A stretch of DNA of 24,000 bases from Candidatus Caldarchaeum subterraneum (GTDB lineage Archaea; Thermoproteota; Nitrososphaeria_A; Caldarchaeales; Caldarchaeaceae), in contig BA000048.1 of NCBI GenBank assembly GCA_000270325.1, positions 320,080-344,079 of the forward strand. The letters run 5' to 3'. This document shows, in pieces, positions 7,713-16,438 of this stretch; within the stretch, counting starts at the first letter, position 1, and every line of letters begins with the position of its first letter. The position numbers and the translations under genes are program-made. A model generated the notes under the pieces. That model was not told where the DNA came from, made no database searches, and was given only the letters and a program-made list of their open reading frames with translations.

Positions 7713-9197
7713 ATGCAAGCTCAGCAGTTCCTGGGTCTTTCGTTTGGAAGGTTGCGTAACTTTGTCAACGGAGTGTGGATGGACTCGCGGACTGAGGTGT
7801 GGAGGCCGGTTTATGACCCCGGTGCTGGACGGATTATCGCCGAGGTTCCCTATGCAACCGATGAAGAGGTAAACTCTGCCGTAGAAGCCGCTGCAGAAGC
7901 TTTCGAGAAATGGAGCCGCACACCTTTCCTCGAACGCGTAAAATACCTCTTCGAAGTTAAGCACGTCCTCGAGAATCATTTGGACGAGTTGGCCGCGATT
8001 AACACTCTTAACCATGGGAAGACACTTGATGAAAGCCGTGGCGACTTGCGGAGGGCGATTGAGAACGTGGACGCCGCTATCGCTGCAGCCTATACCTTGG
8101 CGAAGGGTGAGATGCTGCATGAGATTTCGCCGCGGATTGATGAGTATTCTGTAAAGGAGCCGCTTGGAGTGTTTGCGGTCATAAGCCCGTTCAATTTCCC
8201 GATAATGATTCCGTTCTGGTTTTTCCCCTACGCCATCGCCTTGGGCAACACGGTTGTGATAAAGCCCAGCGACGTAACTCCTGTGCCGATGACTCGTGTG
8301 ATGGAGATTCTGCAGCAAGAGGTTAAGCTGCCGCCCGGTGTTTTAAACCTTGTCCACGGCGGAAAAGAGACAGCGGAGGCGCTTGTCAAGCATCCCCATG
8401 TTAAAGGTGTTTGTTTTGTCGGCTCAACACCTGCGGCGAGGAACATCTACAGGTTGGCGGGTGAGCATGGGAAACGCTGTATAGCTCAGGGTGGTGCGAA
8501 GAACTACATCGTGGTCATGCCTGACGCCGACATGGATGTGACCATACCGGCCACGGTGTCCAGCTTCTTCGGCAACACGGGCCAGAGATGCCTCGCTGGA
8601 AGCAACCTCCTCGTCGTGGACAAAGGGTTCAAGAAGAGTTTTCTGGACAAGTTTTCGCGGCGTAGCAAAGAGCTCGTGATAGGGCATGGTCTCGTGCAGG
8701 GTGTTGAGATGGGGCCTCTTGTGAACAAGGCCGCGCAGACGCGTGTCAAAACCTATGTTGAGAAGGGTGTTGAAGAGGGCGCGAGGCTATTGCTGGACGG
8801 CACAGAGGTGAGTGTTCAGCAGTTTCCTGATGGATTTTACCTGGGAGCAAACATCTTCGACGAAGTGACACCGGACATGACCATCGCGCGGGAGGAGATT
8901 TTCGGGCCAGTGGCGTCCGTGATAACAGCCTCCAGCCTCGATGAAGCCATCGAAACAATTAACACAAGAACCGACTACGGAAACATGGCGTGTATCTTCA
9001 CCTCAAGCGGCTCAAACGCGGCGAAATTCATCAAAAACGTCAACGCCGGAAACATCGGAGTGAACATCGGCGTAGCCGCTCCAGCGGCATACTTCCCCTT
9101 CGCCGGAAGAAAAAACAGCTTCTACGGTGTCCTACATGGACAGATAGATTCCGTCGACTTCTTCACCGACAAAAAAGTCGTGATAACCCGTTGGTGA
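7713..9197 (+). CDS. Methylmalonate-semialdehyde dehydrogenase-like (CoA-acylating family) aldehyde dehydrogenase; longer ORF starts at TTG 7686
   Basis: FVNGVW, SPFNFPIMIPFWFFPYAIALGNTVVIKPSD, FVGSTPAARNIY, GQRCLAGS (catalytic Cys), REEIFGPVASV, and C-terminal FPFAGRKNSFYGVLHGQIDSVDFFTDKKVVITRW, characteristic of the MMSDH family. ATG 7713 lies about 30 nt after a TATA-like aaataaac. Confidence 0.88.
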   Translation: MQAQQFLGLSFGRLRNFVNGVWMDSRTEVWRPVYDPGAGRIIAEVPYATDEEVNSAVEAAAEAFEKWSRTPFLERVKYLFEVKHVLENHLDELAAINTLNHGKTLDESRGDLRRAIENVDAAIAAAYTLAKGEMLHEISPRIDEYSVKEPLGVFAVISPFNFPIMIPFWFFPYAIALGNTVVIKPSDVTPVPMTRVMEILQQEVKLPPGVLNLVHGGKETAEALVKHPHVKGVCFVGSTPAARNIYRLAGEHGKRCIAQGGAKNYIVVMPDADMDVTIPATVSSFFGNTGQRCLAGSNLLVVDKGFKKSFLDKFSRRSKELVIGHGLVQGVEMGPLVNKAAQTRVKTYVEKGVEEGARLLLDGTEVSVQQFPDGFYLGANIFDEVTPDMTIAREEIFGPVASVITASSLDEAIETINTRTDYGNMACIFTSSGSNAAKFIKNVNAGNIGVNIGVAAPAAYFPFAGRKNSFYGVLHGQIDSVDFFTDKKVVITRW

Positions 9198-9205
9198 ACA
9201 GTTGT

Positions 9206-9280
9206 CCCCCGCCACTAACTCACCGCTTCATAGACGGGCGTTTCACCGTGTCTCGAGCGGAGCTTAAGGTGTGGCGGGGG
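9206..9280. repeat. Nested inverted repeat in a convergent intergenic region
   Basis: Perfect 10-nt arms cccccgccac (9206-9215) and gtggcggggg (9271-9280). Inside are ccgct (9223-9227)/agcgg (9256-9260) and agacgg (9232-9237)/ccgtgtct (9246-9253, imperfect). Confidence 0.55.
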
Positions 9281-9292
9281 CATGAGATAGTT

Positions 9293-10966
9293 TCACTCGG
9301 CGCGATATAGTTGTTGCAGCTTGTATAGTTTCTCTATCTCTATTTCGAAAAGTGTGACGGGCATCTCTATGCCAAAGTTCTCCAACACTGTGGGAGAAAC
9401 CTCACCGACTATCCCTGCTTTTGAGCCGTCGATTGTGAGAGCTGCGCATCTTCCCTCGATAAATGTTCCCATGGTTGCTGGAATGTATTCGGGTTTTAGT
9501 TGGAGAAGTTTGAGGAGTTCGTCGAGGACGCTTTTTGCCTCGCTGTAGCCCGCTTCTGCGTATGCGATGGCTGCGGCCAGTTTCTTCATCCTCACAGTTT
9601 TCTCCGGGGCCGCTGGCTCGATATGTATGATGTCGCCGAGCTCAAAGATTCTCTGAGGGTATAGATTGTCCGTGTTGTTTGCGAGTGTTGCCAAAAGTGA
9701 TGGGATGAGGGATGTTCTGACCATGGTGTATTCGCGTGTGGCTGGGTTCGCGAGCGTAACATGCTCTATTTCGTCTAAACCGGACATTTGATAGTGTGTT
9801 TGCTCATTTGTTAGCATGAGGTTGTGGACTTCTGTGAAGCCGAGTCCCAGCATCGTCTCCGCTACTTTTTCGTAAAATGTTGTCTGGGGCCTTAGAGAGC
9901 CGTAGGTGTTTGACTGCGGGGCGACCGGTGTCATGTTGTTGTAGCCATAAGCGATGGCGATGTCCTCAACCAAGTCGACTGGATGGAGAATGTCTGCACG
10001 ATGCCGTGGATAGAGAACTCGTAGCCTTTTTCCCTTTACACGCGGCTCCATACCCATTCTCCGCAGAAGCCTGGTGGCCTCTCTCAACGAAAGCTGCAAC
10101 CCCGTCAACCTCTTCACCAGCTCCATGTCCAGCATCATCTCAAGAGGCCTGGTATCAGGCGTGTAGAAGCCTTTCCTCCCATACACAACCCTCACACGCT
10201 GCACAACGCCGCCCGCGTCTGCGAAGGCTTCGGCGAGAATGTTCAAGGCCTGGTTCACTTTTTCCCAGTCTGTGCCAGTCACGTCGATGAAGATGTCTCT
10301 TCTGCCCGGTGTCAGCTCTGTTATCGAGGCGTTTACTATGGGTGGCATCGAGAAAACCTGTCCACGGCTGTCGACGATGACAGGCGCTTTGGAGGCGTCT
10401 TTTAGCAGCCAAGCATGTTTCCGGCCTATCTCGCTCTTTGACAACACCTCACGCGGCGTCATGGCCCTGTAATCCTTCAACGGGACGAACCTTACCTCAT
10501 CCATGCCTACAGCTTTGTATGTGAACGGCGGAGATATTGCCGATAGGTCATGTAACCCTATAGCTGTTTTTCTCCTGTTTCGGCCAATTATCCAGTGAAG
10601 GTCCTCCTGCATCGCAATAAACTCGATGAGCTCGGCCTCGGAGAGTTCGACGTTTCTGACTACTGCGCAGACGATGTGTGGCCGGATGTTTTCGACACTT
10701 TTGTCGACGTAAACACTTATCCCCGAGAGCGGGTAGCTTCTTTTCCTGAGACCTGTTTCTATTCCGAGGTAGCTTCGAAGAGCTGCTGCGACGCCGTATA
10801 CGCTTGAGAAATCGGGTCTGTTGGGGTTGTATTCCACACGTAAGATGTCGCCGGTCTCCTCGACACTCATGCCAAGGGCCGCCAAGTTGTCGGATATTTC
10901 CTCGAGGGTAAGGCTTCTTCCCACGAGACGCCGTAGTTTCTCAACGTCTATGTTGACAACCGGCAT
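9293..10966 (-). CDS. pheT: Phenylalanyl-tRNA synthetase beta subunit (archaeal type)
   Basis: 557-aa ORF with MPVVNIDVEKLRRLVGRSLTLEEISDNLAALGMSVEE, YNPNRPDFSSVYGVAAALRSYLG, HPVDLVEDIAIAYGYNNM, GLGFTEVHNLMLTN. Adjacent to pheS. Confidence 0.95.
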   Translation of the reverse strand: MPVVNIDVEKLRRLVGRSLTLEEISDNLAALGMSVEETGDILRVEYNPNRPDFSSVYGVAAALRSYLGIETGLRKRSYPLSGISVYVDKSVENIRPHIVCAVVRNVELSEAELIEFIAMQEDLHWIIGRNRRKTAIGLHDLSAISPPFTYKAVGMDEVRFVPLKDYRAMTPREVLSKSEIGRKHAWLLKDASKAPVIVDSRGQVFSMPPIVNASITELTPGRRDIFIDVTGTDWEKVNQALNILAEAFADAGGVVQRVRVVYGRKGFYTPDTRPLEMMLDMELVKRLTGLQLSLREATRLLRRMGMEPRVKGKRLRVLYPRHRADILHPVDLVEDIAIAYGYNNMTPVAPQSNTYGSLRPQTTFYEKVAETMLGLGFTEVHNLMLTNEQTHYQMSGLDEIEHVTLANPATREYTMVRTSLIPSLLATLANNTDNLYPQRIFELGDIIHIEPAAPEKTVRMKKLAAAIAYAEAGYSEAKSVLDELLKLLQLKPEYIPATMGTFIEGRCAALTIDGSKAGIVGEVSPTVLENFGIEMPVTLFEIEIEKLYKLQQLYRAE

Positions 10967-10967
10967 G

Positions 10968-12527
10968 TCACATACTCCTCATGGTTCTGAAGGCTTGGAA
11001 AGGTGAGACGCTTCTCAGCCATCCCAGGTCGTTGAGATGGAAGGTTCTGATGTCCTCCAGCCCGTAGATGACCATGGCGAGCCTCTCTAAGCCGAGGCCC
11101 CACGCCAGAACAGGATGCTTTACGCCGAATGGATAGGTTGTCTCGGGCCTGAAGATGCCTGAACCCCCGAGCTCCAGCCATCTGCCGCCCAGCCTGACCT
11201 CCACCTCCATCGACGGCTCTGTGTAGGGGAAGTAGCTTGGCTTGAACCGTATCTCCCTCAACCCCAAGCGGCTGTAAAAATCCCTTAGAACACCCATCAA
11301 CATCCGGAGGCTTGCATCCCGCTCGACGACGATGCCCTCTATTTGGTGAAACTCCGCCAAATGCTTCCAATCCACCTTCTCGTTGCGAAAGATTCTGTCG
11401 ACGCAGAACACTTTCACCGGCGGCTGCTTAACTGTGGCGAGATGTCTTATCGTCGTGGCGGTGGTGTGTGTTCTCAGGAGAAGACGCCGCGCCTCCTCAA
11501 GCGACCACTTGTATCTCCAGCCCTTCGACCCCGTGTCTCCACCATTTTCATGCACCTTGCGAACAGCTTCAACATGCTGAGCAGGAGGGTCTCCAGCCCT
11601 GGGCTCAAGAAGGTAAAAAGTGTCCTGCATTTCTCTGGCCGGATGATCCTGTGGCTGAAACAACGCGTCAAAGTTCCAGAAAGCAAGCTCGACAATCGGG
11701 CCCTCTATTTCCTCGAACCCCATCTCGACATAGGCCTGTCTCACCATGCGTATTAGCTCGGTGAGCGGATGTCTTTTGGCGGCGAAGATAGGTGGTGTGG
11801 GGGCTTTGACATCGTAGCGGCTCAGCCTCAACTCGCGCCATCTCCCCGTTCGGATAAGCTCGGGAGTCAAACGAGTCACCTCAGGCACCACCGTCTCCTC
11901 AAGCAGAGAGACGGCTTCGCGGCCCTTCTCAGTCAAAACCACTTTTCTCACAGGCCTCTCAACAAGCTTCACCACACGCTGCCTACGCAGAAGCTCATCC
12001 ACCACTTCACGAAGCGCCCCCGCATGGGGAACCTCCACCTCGCCACCCCTCTTCAACTCCCTAAGGAAATTCTCCACATCAGTCGACGGCGGAACATGGC
12101 CCTTCAACACAACCACCGTAGCACCATTCTTTTTCGCAAACTCAACCCAGCCGCGGCGCCTCGCCCACATAAGCCCAATATCCGCCCTCTCGAGAGCTCT
12201 CACCTCGTCGACGGATGCTTCACCACCGCGTCGCTGAAGAAACTCGACAACCCTCCTCTCGGGCAGGCCCTTAACAACATACTCCTCACCCTCAGCATCT
12301 AAGGCCACAAATTTCCGCGACGTCTCTTGCTCAACAGTTACATACCCTTTGTCACGGAGCCATCCACACGCCTTTGCGATGGAAGAGAGCATGGCTTCAC
12401 CGTCCCTACCCCATCCCCGAACGTTTTCGGCAGCCTTGGCGGCCAACTCTTCATAGGACGCGGCTCCGCCCAGCTCATACAGTGAACGGAGAACAGCTTT
12501 CTCAAGCCAGTGAAGAGCCTCTGTCAT
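10968..12527 (-). CDS. pheS: Phenylalanyl-tRNA synthetase alpha subunit; ORF extends to 12569, but the internal ATG at 12527 (MTEALHWLEKAVLRSL) is the more natural start
   Basis: Class II aaRS motifs: FEEIEGPIVELAFWNFDALFQPQDHPAREMQDTFYL, HTTATTIRHL, VFCVDRIFRNEKVDWKHLAEFHQIEG, WELGGSGIFRPE-like segment, VLAWGLGLERLAM. N-terminal winged-helix-like region. Confidence 0.95.
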   Translation of the reverse strand: MTEALHWLEKAVLRSLYELGGAASYEELAAKAAENVRGWGRDGEAMLSSIAKACGWLRDKGYVTVEQETSRKFVALDAEGEEYVVKGLPERRVVEFLQRRGGEASVDEVRALERADIGLMWARRRGWVEFAKKNGATVVVLKGHVPPSTDVENFLRELKRGGEVEVPHAGALREVVDELLRRQRVVKLVERPVRKVVLTEKGREAVSLLEETVVPEVTRLTPELIRTGRWRELRLSRYDVKAPTPPIFAAKRHPLTELIRMVRQAYVEMGFEEIEGPIVELAFWNFDALFQPQDHPAREMQDTFYLLEPRAGDPPAQHVEAVRKVHENGGDTGSKGWRYKWSLEEARRLLLRTHTTATTIRHLATVKQPPVKVFCVDRIFRNEKVDWKHLAEFHQIEGIVVERDASLRMLMGVLRDFYSRLGLREIRFKPSYFPYTEPSMEVEVRLGGRWLELGGSGIFRPETTYPFGVKHPVLAWGLGLERLAMVIYGLEDIRTFHLNDLGWLRSVSPFQAFRTMRSM

Positions 12528-12627
12528 CCCCCCGTATTGGCCGAACAGCCCGATAAAAAACCCATTCAAGGAATGTTTGCTGTGAAGAATGCTATTGCTG
12601 AGAAGATGTTGGCGAGAAGCATGAGAA

Positions 12628-13182
12628 CTATGACCGGTAGCAGCAGCAGTAGGAAGTTCCCCCGACTACCGCGGCGCCCATCAACGCACCCGGCTCAGCC
12701 ACCGCTAGCGCGAGAACAACAGCCACAAAAACAAGCACAAGAACCAGCGCAACTATTCTCGCCACAGCGGCTCGCCTAAACCAGACAGAGTTCAAAACCT
12801 TTGCAGCCCGGAAATGTGACCCAAGCTCCAGAACAAAAGTGGCTAGCCCCAGAGCGGCAAGCGTCACCGCGGCCGCGAGAAAAACAGCCAAGTAACCCAT
12901 TATCTGCGGAAGTAAAGCTGAGGCGACGGCCGTCGAAAAATTTTCGCCGCCTATCGCGAAGGGCGTGGACATGATGACGCCGATGATGCTGCCCAGAAAG
13001 AAAACCAGAAAACCAACCGACGCCAAAAATGTAACCACCATCAATACACCTGTTGCGCGGAAAAGACTCTGCCCCGTCCTCGAACCAACCTGATACCAGG
13101 CAACACCAATCAAGAGTGGTGCAACGATGTTTGCCAACGGAATAATGTTCAAAACATAGCCTATACCGCCCAGAAGACTCAT
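12628..13182 (-). CDS. Small polytopic membrane protein, possibly DUF996-like; listed ORF extends to 13251
   Basis: Several hydrophobic segments (IPLANIVAPLLIGVAWYQVG, TGVLMVVTFLASVGFLVFFLGSIIGV, LGLATFVLEL, IVALVLVLVFVAVVLALAVAE). ATG at 13182 is preceded by SD-like GGGAG. Confidence 0.6.
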   Translation of the reverse strand: MSLLGGIGYVLNIIPLANIVAPLLIGVAWYQVGSRTGQSLFRATGVLMVVTFLASVGFLVFFLGSIIGVIMSTPFAIGGENFSTAVASALLPQIMGYLAVFLAAAVTLAALGLATFVLELGSHFRAAKVLNSVWFRRAAVARIVALVLVLVFVAVVLALAVAEPGALMGAAVVGGTSYCCCYRS

Positions 13183-13279
13183 TTCCACTCCCATAAACAA
13201 CATGCATCCCCTATATGGCTTTAAACAACGACCACACCATCCACAGCACAACGATTAACGCTCCCCAAACAAATCCTCA

Positions 13280-13364
13280 TGCGGGGGGTGGGATTTGAAC
13301 CCACGAACCCCTTCGGGACAGGGGCCTGAACCCTGCGCCGTTGACCAGGCTTGGCGACCCCCGC
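13280..13364 (-). tRNA. tRNA-Leu (anticodon CAG), intronless, CCA not encoded
   Basis: Minus strand GCGGGGG TC GCCAAGCCTGGTCAACGGC G CAGGG TTCAGGC CCCTG TCCCGAAGGGGTTC GTGGG TTCAAAT CCCAC CCCCCGC A: acceptor, D, anticodon and T arms all pair, long type II variable region, anticodon CAG. Confidence 0.96.
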
Positions 13365-13391
13365 TGAAAAAACTTCACAGAAGCAGGCTTT

Positions 13392-13405
13392 AGGCTTTTA
13401 TCCTC
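13392..13405 (+). promoter_or_regulatory. Possible TATA-like box upstream of the SIS-domain gene; also readable in reverse toward the tRNA-Leu gene
   Basis: ggcttttatcc about 30 nt upstream of the TTG at 13433, consistent with a leaderless archaeal mRNA. The reverse complement GGATAAAAGCC lies about 40 nt upstream of the tRNA 5' end. Confidence 0.35.
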
Positions 13406-13432
13406 GGCTGAAACGGTATCCGTGGAAAAAAG

Positions 13433-14590
13433 TTGTCCGAAACTGTCTCGAGCCTTGGTTATGTGAACAGAATTTATCGGAATGTCAGCGCGGTCGACTT
13501 GGATAGCTTGGAGAGGCTTTTGCACGACATCCAGTCGGCGGGAGTGATTATTCCGCTTGGGGAGGGCCGTTCTAAGGGCGCGTTGAGCATCGCGGTGAGC
13601 GAGATGGCGAAGATGAGGGATGGGAAAATCGTTATCGACCGCGGAGACGTCGGTTTCCCGGGGAGAGAGATCTCCGAAGCCGCTCCAATTCTTAAGCAAA
13701 GGTTTGGCCGTGTATGTCTCCTGATAAACTCTGGCTCAGGCCGCAGCATCACACCCCTCGTCGACGCCCAAAACCTCGCATCATACATAGGCAAAACAGG
13801 CGCCCACAGAGACTACACAATAGACCTCGTCACCTCAGACATTCAGTCACCGCTAGCCAAAATAGCCAGCAAATATGGAAACGTTCTCCATCTCATGGGG
13901 CGTGAGGAGGTTGCGGAGGCTGAGGAGGCTAAGGTTTTCCGCGATGTGGGAATAATGGAGGACACCTTCATACTTGGAAGCGGCGTCCTGTTCCACGCAA
14001 TCGCCGAAGCACTCTATGACAAAGCCCTTCCGAGCAAGGCGTATGAATACGCGAGAGAGATATGTCTTGAGGCGGGGAAAGTTGTTGAGAAAAGTCTAAC
14101 ATCAGAGTTCTACGAGTTTGTGACACGCAAGCTCGAGACAAGGAGTCTCTGCTTTTTCGGGGGGCTTGGAAGCAGCTATGAGGTGGCGAGGATGACCGCT
14201 GTGAGGGTGAGCCACATCAAGAGAGCCATAGGAGACCAGGTGTATGTAGCCCGCGAGTCCAGCACACCAGCCCCTCGGCAAGGCGACCTTCTCATAGTCA
14301 TCTCAAGCAGCGGTGAAACAGAGATAGTGTCGACATGGTGTAAAAGCTTTAAGCGGATGGGTGGGCAGATAGCCGCTGTCGTCGGCAACGCCGACAGCAC
14401 CATCGCATCTATGGCCGACAGCGTTTTAGAAATCCCTGTCAAAAATGAGCTAGGGCGTCCGAACAGGTTTTACGTCTACGCAGAGTTTGCGCTCAGCCCG
14501 CTGCCTATACTGCTTGTCGAGAGTCTAGAGGCTAAGGGCTTCAGGTTGCCTGAATACATTCTGAGATGGCATCAGAGCGTGACGGCTTAG
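13433..14590 (+). CDS. Tandem SIS-domain sugar isomerase-like protein
   Basis: Two SIS-like halves: VIIPLGEGRSKGALSIAVSE...LLINSGSGRSITPLVDA and LCFFGGLGSSYEVARMTAVRVSHI...LLIVISSSGETEIVSTWCKSFKRMGGQIAAVVGN...ADSVLEIP. The C-terminal half resembles 6-phospho-3-hexuloisomerase-type SIS motifs. TTG start. Confidence 0.78.
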   Translation: MSETVSSLGYVNRIYRNVSAVDLDSLERLLHDIQSAGVIIPLGEGRSKGALSIAVSEMAKMRDGKIVIDRGDVGFPGREISEAAPILKQRFGRVCLLINSGSGRSITPLVDAQNLASYIGKTGAHRDYTIDLVTSDIQSPLAKIASKYGNVLHLMGREEVAEAEEAKVFRDVGIMEDTFILGSGVLFHAIAEALYDKALPSKAYEYAREICLEAGKVVEKSLTSEFYEFVTRKLETRSLCFFGGLGSSYEVARMTAVRVSHIKRAIGDQVYVARESSTPAPRQGDLLIVISSSGETEIVSTWCKSFKRMGGQIAAVVGNADSTIASMADSVLEIPVKNELGRPNRFYVYAEFALSPLPILLVESLEAKGFRLPEYILRWHQSVTA

Positions 14591-15655
14591 CTACTCCAGC
14601 ACAGGCCTAATGGGTCTTCCAAGCTGCTCATAGAACTCACGCATCCACGGTAGGATGTCGCGGCCGAGCAGGTTGAGGAACTTCTCCTCGTTTGGGGAGG
14701 CGCTGTGGATGTAGACGCGGTCGAAGCCGAGTTTGAGGAGGTGGGAAAGGGCTTTGAAGATGTCGTCCACATCTGTTGTGATGAGCCATGTCTCCTTGAT
14801 TTTCCTTCTCTCATCGTCACCAACCATGGCCTCTAGGACCCTTGGGTCTGAGATCTTCTCCCTTTTCTCACGAGGTATCGCGGTAGGCGCCCAGAACAAC
14901 GCAGCCTTATAGGCTCTATCATAGTCATGGTCATAGGAGACCTTGAACTCGAGACATTTACTCAGCTTCGAGGGGTCTTTGCCAGCTTTCCTCGCACCCT
15001 TCTCCAACGCAGCTATAATCTCCATGTACTTATCCATCCCACGCGGGTTTGTCAGTATGCCGTCGCAAAGCTCTCCAGCTATCTCGGCGACTGTGGCGTT
15101 GGATGTTGCGACATATATCGGGATTTTGGTGAGCGGCTTTGTGTAGAGCTTGGCTGACCTGAGCTGGTAATATTTTCCCTCGTAGTCGACGAAGTCACCT
15201 TTCCACAGTAGCTGAATTATCTCGATTGCCTCCCGCAGTCTCTCGACCTTTTCTCTGTAGCCGGGCCATTTGAAGCCGAGAGGTGTCTCGTTCATCGCGT
15301 GGCCTGTTCCCACTGTGATGAATATGCGGCCCGGGTAAAGGTAGTCTAGTGTGGCGAAGGCCTGTGCAACTATCGCGGGATGGTAGCGGAAGAAGGGCGT
15401 GGTCACTGCGGTTCCTAGCTCAACTTTCTTCGTGTGCTCCGCGACAGCCGCCAGCACAATCCATGGAAACCCGGCCTGACCACCTGTGTCGCTCCATGGA
15501 TGGAAGTGGTCGCTTAAGGCAATTATGTCAAAGCCAACAGCCTCCGCGTGAATGGAGTGGGCCACGATTCTCGCCGGGTCATACTGCTCGAGACCAGCCC
15601 AGTAACCAAGCCGCAAAACACCGTTCAAAGCCAACATACCAACGCGGAGTCTCAT
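14591..15655 (-). CDS. LLM-class (luciferase-like, probably F420-dependent) oxidoreductase; ORF extends to 15673
   Basis: EAVGFDIIALSDHFHPW, GFPWIVLAAVAEHTKKVELGTAVTTPFFRYHPAIVAQAFATLDYLYPGRIFITVGTGHAMNE, IYVATSNATVAEIAGELCDGILT. Confidence 0.9.
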   Translation of the reverse strand: MRLRVGMLALNGVLRLGYWAGLEQYDPARIVAHSIHAEAVGFDIIALSDHFHPWSDTGGQAGFPWIVLAAVAEHTKKVELGTAVTTPFFRYHPAIVAQAFATLDYLYPGRIFITVGTGHAMNETPLGFKWPGYREKVERLREAIEIIQLLWKGDFVDYEGKYYQLRSAKLYTKPLTKIPIYVATSNATVAEIAGELCDGILTNPRGMDKYMEIIAALEKGARKAGKDPSKLSKCLEFKVSYDHDYDRAYKAALFWAPTAIPREKREKISDPRVLEAMVGDDERRKIKETWLITTDVDDIFKALSHLLKLGFDRVYIHSASPNEEKFLNLLGRDILPWMREFYEQLGRPIRPVLE

Positions 15656-15784
15656 TATAAAAGTATGGCCCATCTTCCGTCATGCTCCTCCAAGGTTAAA
15701 CCGCCTAGGAGTGGCTGCTGGATGGAAACTGGCCATATAGAATGGTTAAAGCTAATAGAATGTTCATGACCATAGTGTTCGCTG

Positions 15785-16438
15785 ATGTGGATTTACCTCT
15801 CTCATATTCTCACAAGAAATTCTCCCTGCTACGATGATGGCCCGCGGCCAGAGTTTACACCAGATAAACAGATTGCTAGGGGTGATAGCAGCAACACGTA
15901 TTTCATTAAGCTGCTAAACCACATAGGGACACATGTTGACGCACCCTACCACTTTGACCCAAATGGCCGAAAAATCTCATCATACAGGGCTGATGAACTG
16001 GTCTTCGAGAAACCGTTGCTTATCGATGTATCCAAAGACGCTGGCGAGCTGATCACCGTCTCGGACCTCGAAAAACATAGCCAAACCCTGCATAATGTAG
16101 ACTTGCTGCTCATAAGAACAAGCTTCCAACGCTACCGGGAAAAAGACCCCGAAGCCTTCATGAGGAGGGGCCCATGCTTGTCAGCCGAGGCCGCTTCTTT
16201 CTTGAGACAGTTCGGCACCCTCAGGGCCCTCGGCGTCGACACGATATCAATATCTTCTCCCATGAGAAGAGAGGAAGGGCGTGAGGCTCATCGCAGACTC
16301 CTTGTCGGCAGAAGTTTCCTGATTATCGAGGACATGGACTTGCATGATAAGCCCAGTGTGTTCAAAAGAGTTGTGGTGGCTCCGCTTCTCGTGGACGAGG
16401 TTGACAGCGCCCCGTGCACGGTTTTGGCGGAGGTTTAG
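15785..16438 (+). CDS. Cyclase-family (kynurenine-formamidase-like) metal-dependent hydrolase
   Basis: Contains HIGTHVDAPYHF (HxGTHxDxPxH metal motif), ALGVDTISISSP, and LVGRSFLIIEDMDL. Confidence 0.87.
   Translation: MWIYLSHILTRNSPCYDDGPRPEFTPDKQIARGDSSNTYFIKLLNHIGTHVDAPYHFDPNGRKISSYRADELVFEKPLLIDVSKDAGELITVSDLEKHSQTLHNVDLLLIRTSFQRYREKDPEAFMRRGPCLSAEAASFLRQFGTLRALGVDTISISSPMRREEGREAHRRLLVGRSFLIIEDMDLHDKPSVFKRVVVAPLLVDEVDSAPCTVLAEV

Noticed and set aside
7689-8318. 209-aa minus-strand ORF
   Set aside because: Antisense to the ALDH gene, whose catalytic and C-terminal family motifs are clear.
11769-12302. 177-aa + strand ORF antisense to pheS
   Set aside because: Shadow ORF over the N-terminal winged-helix-like region of PheS. 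The pheS frame is continuous and well supported.
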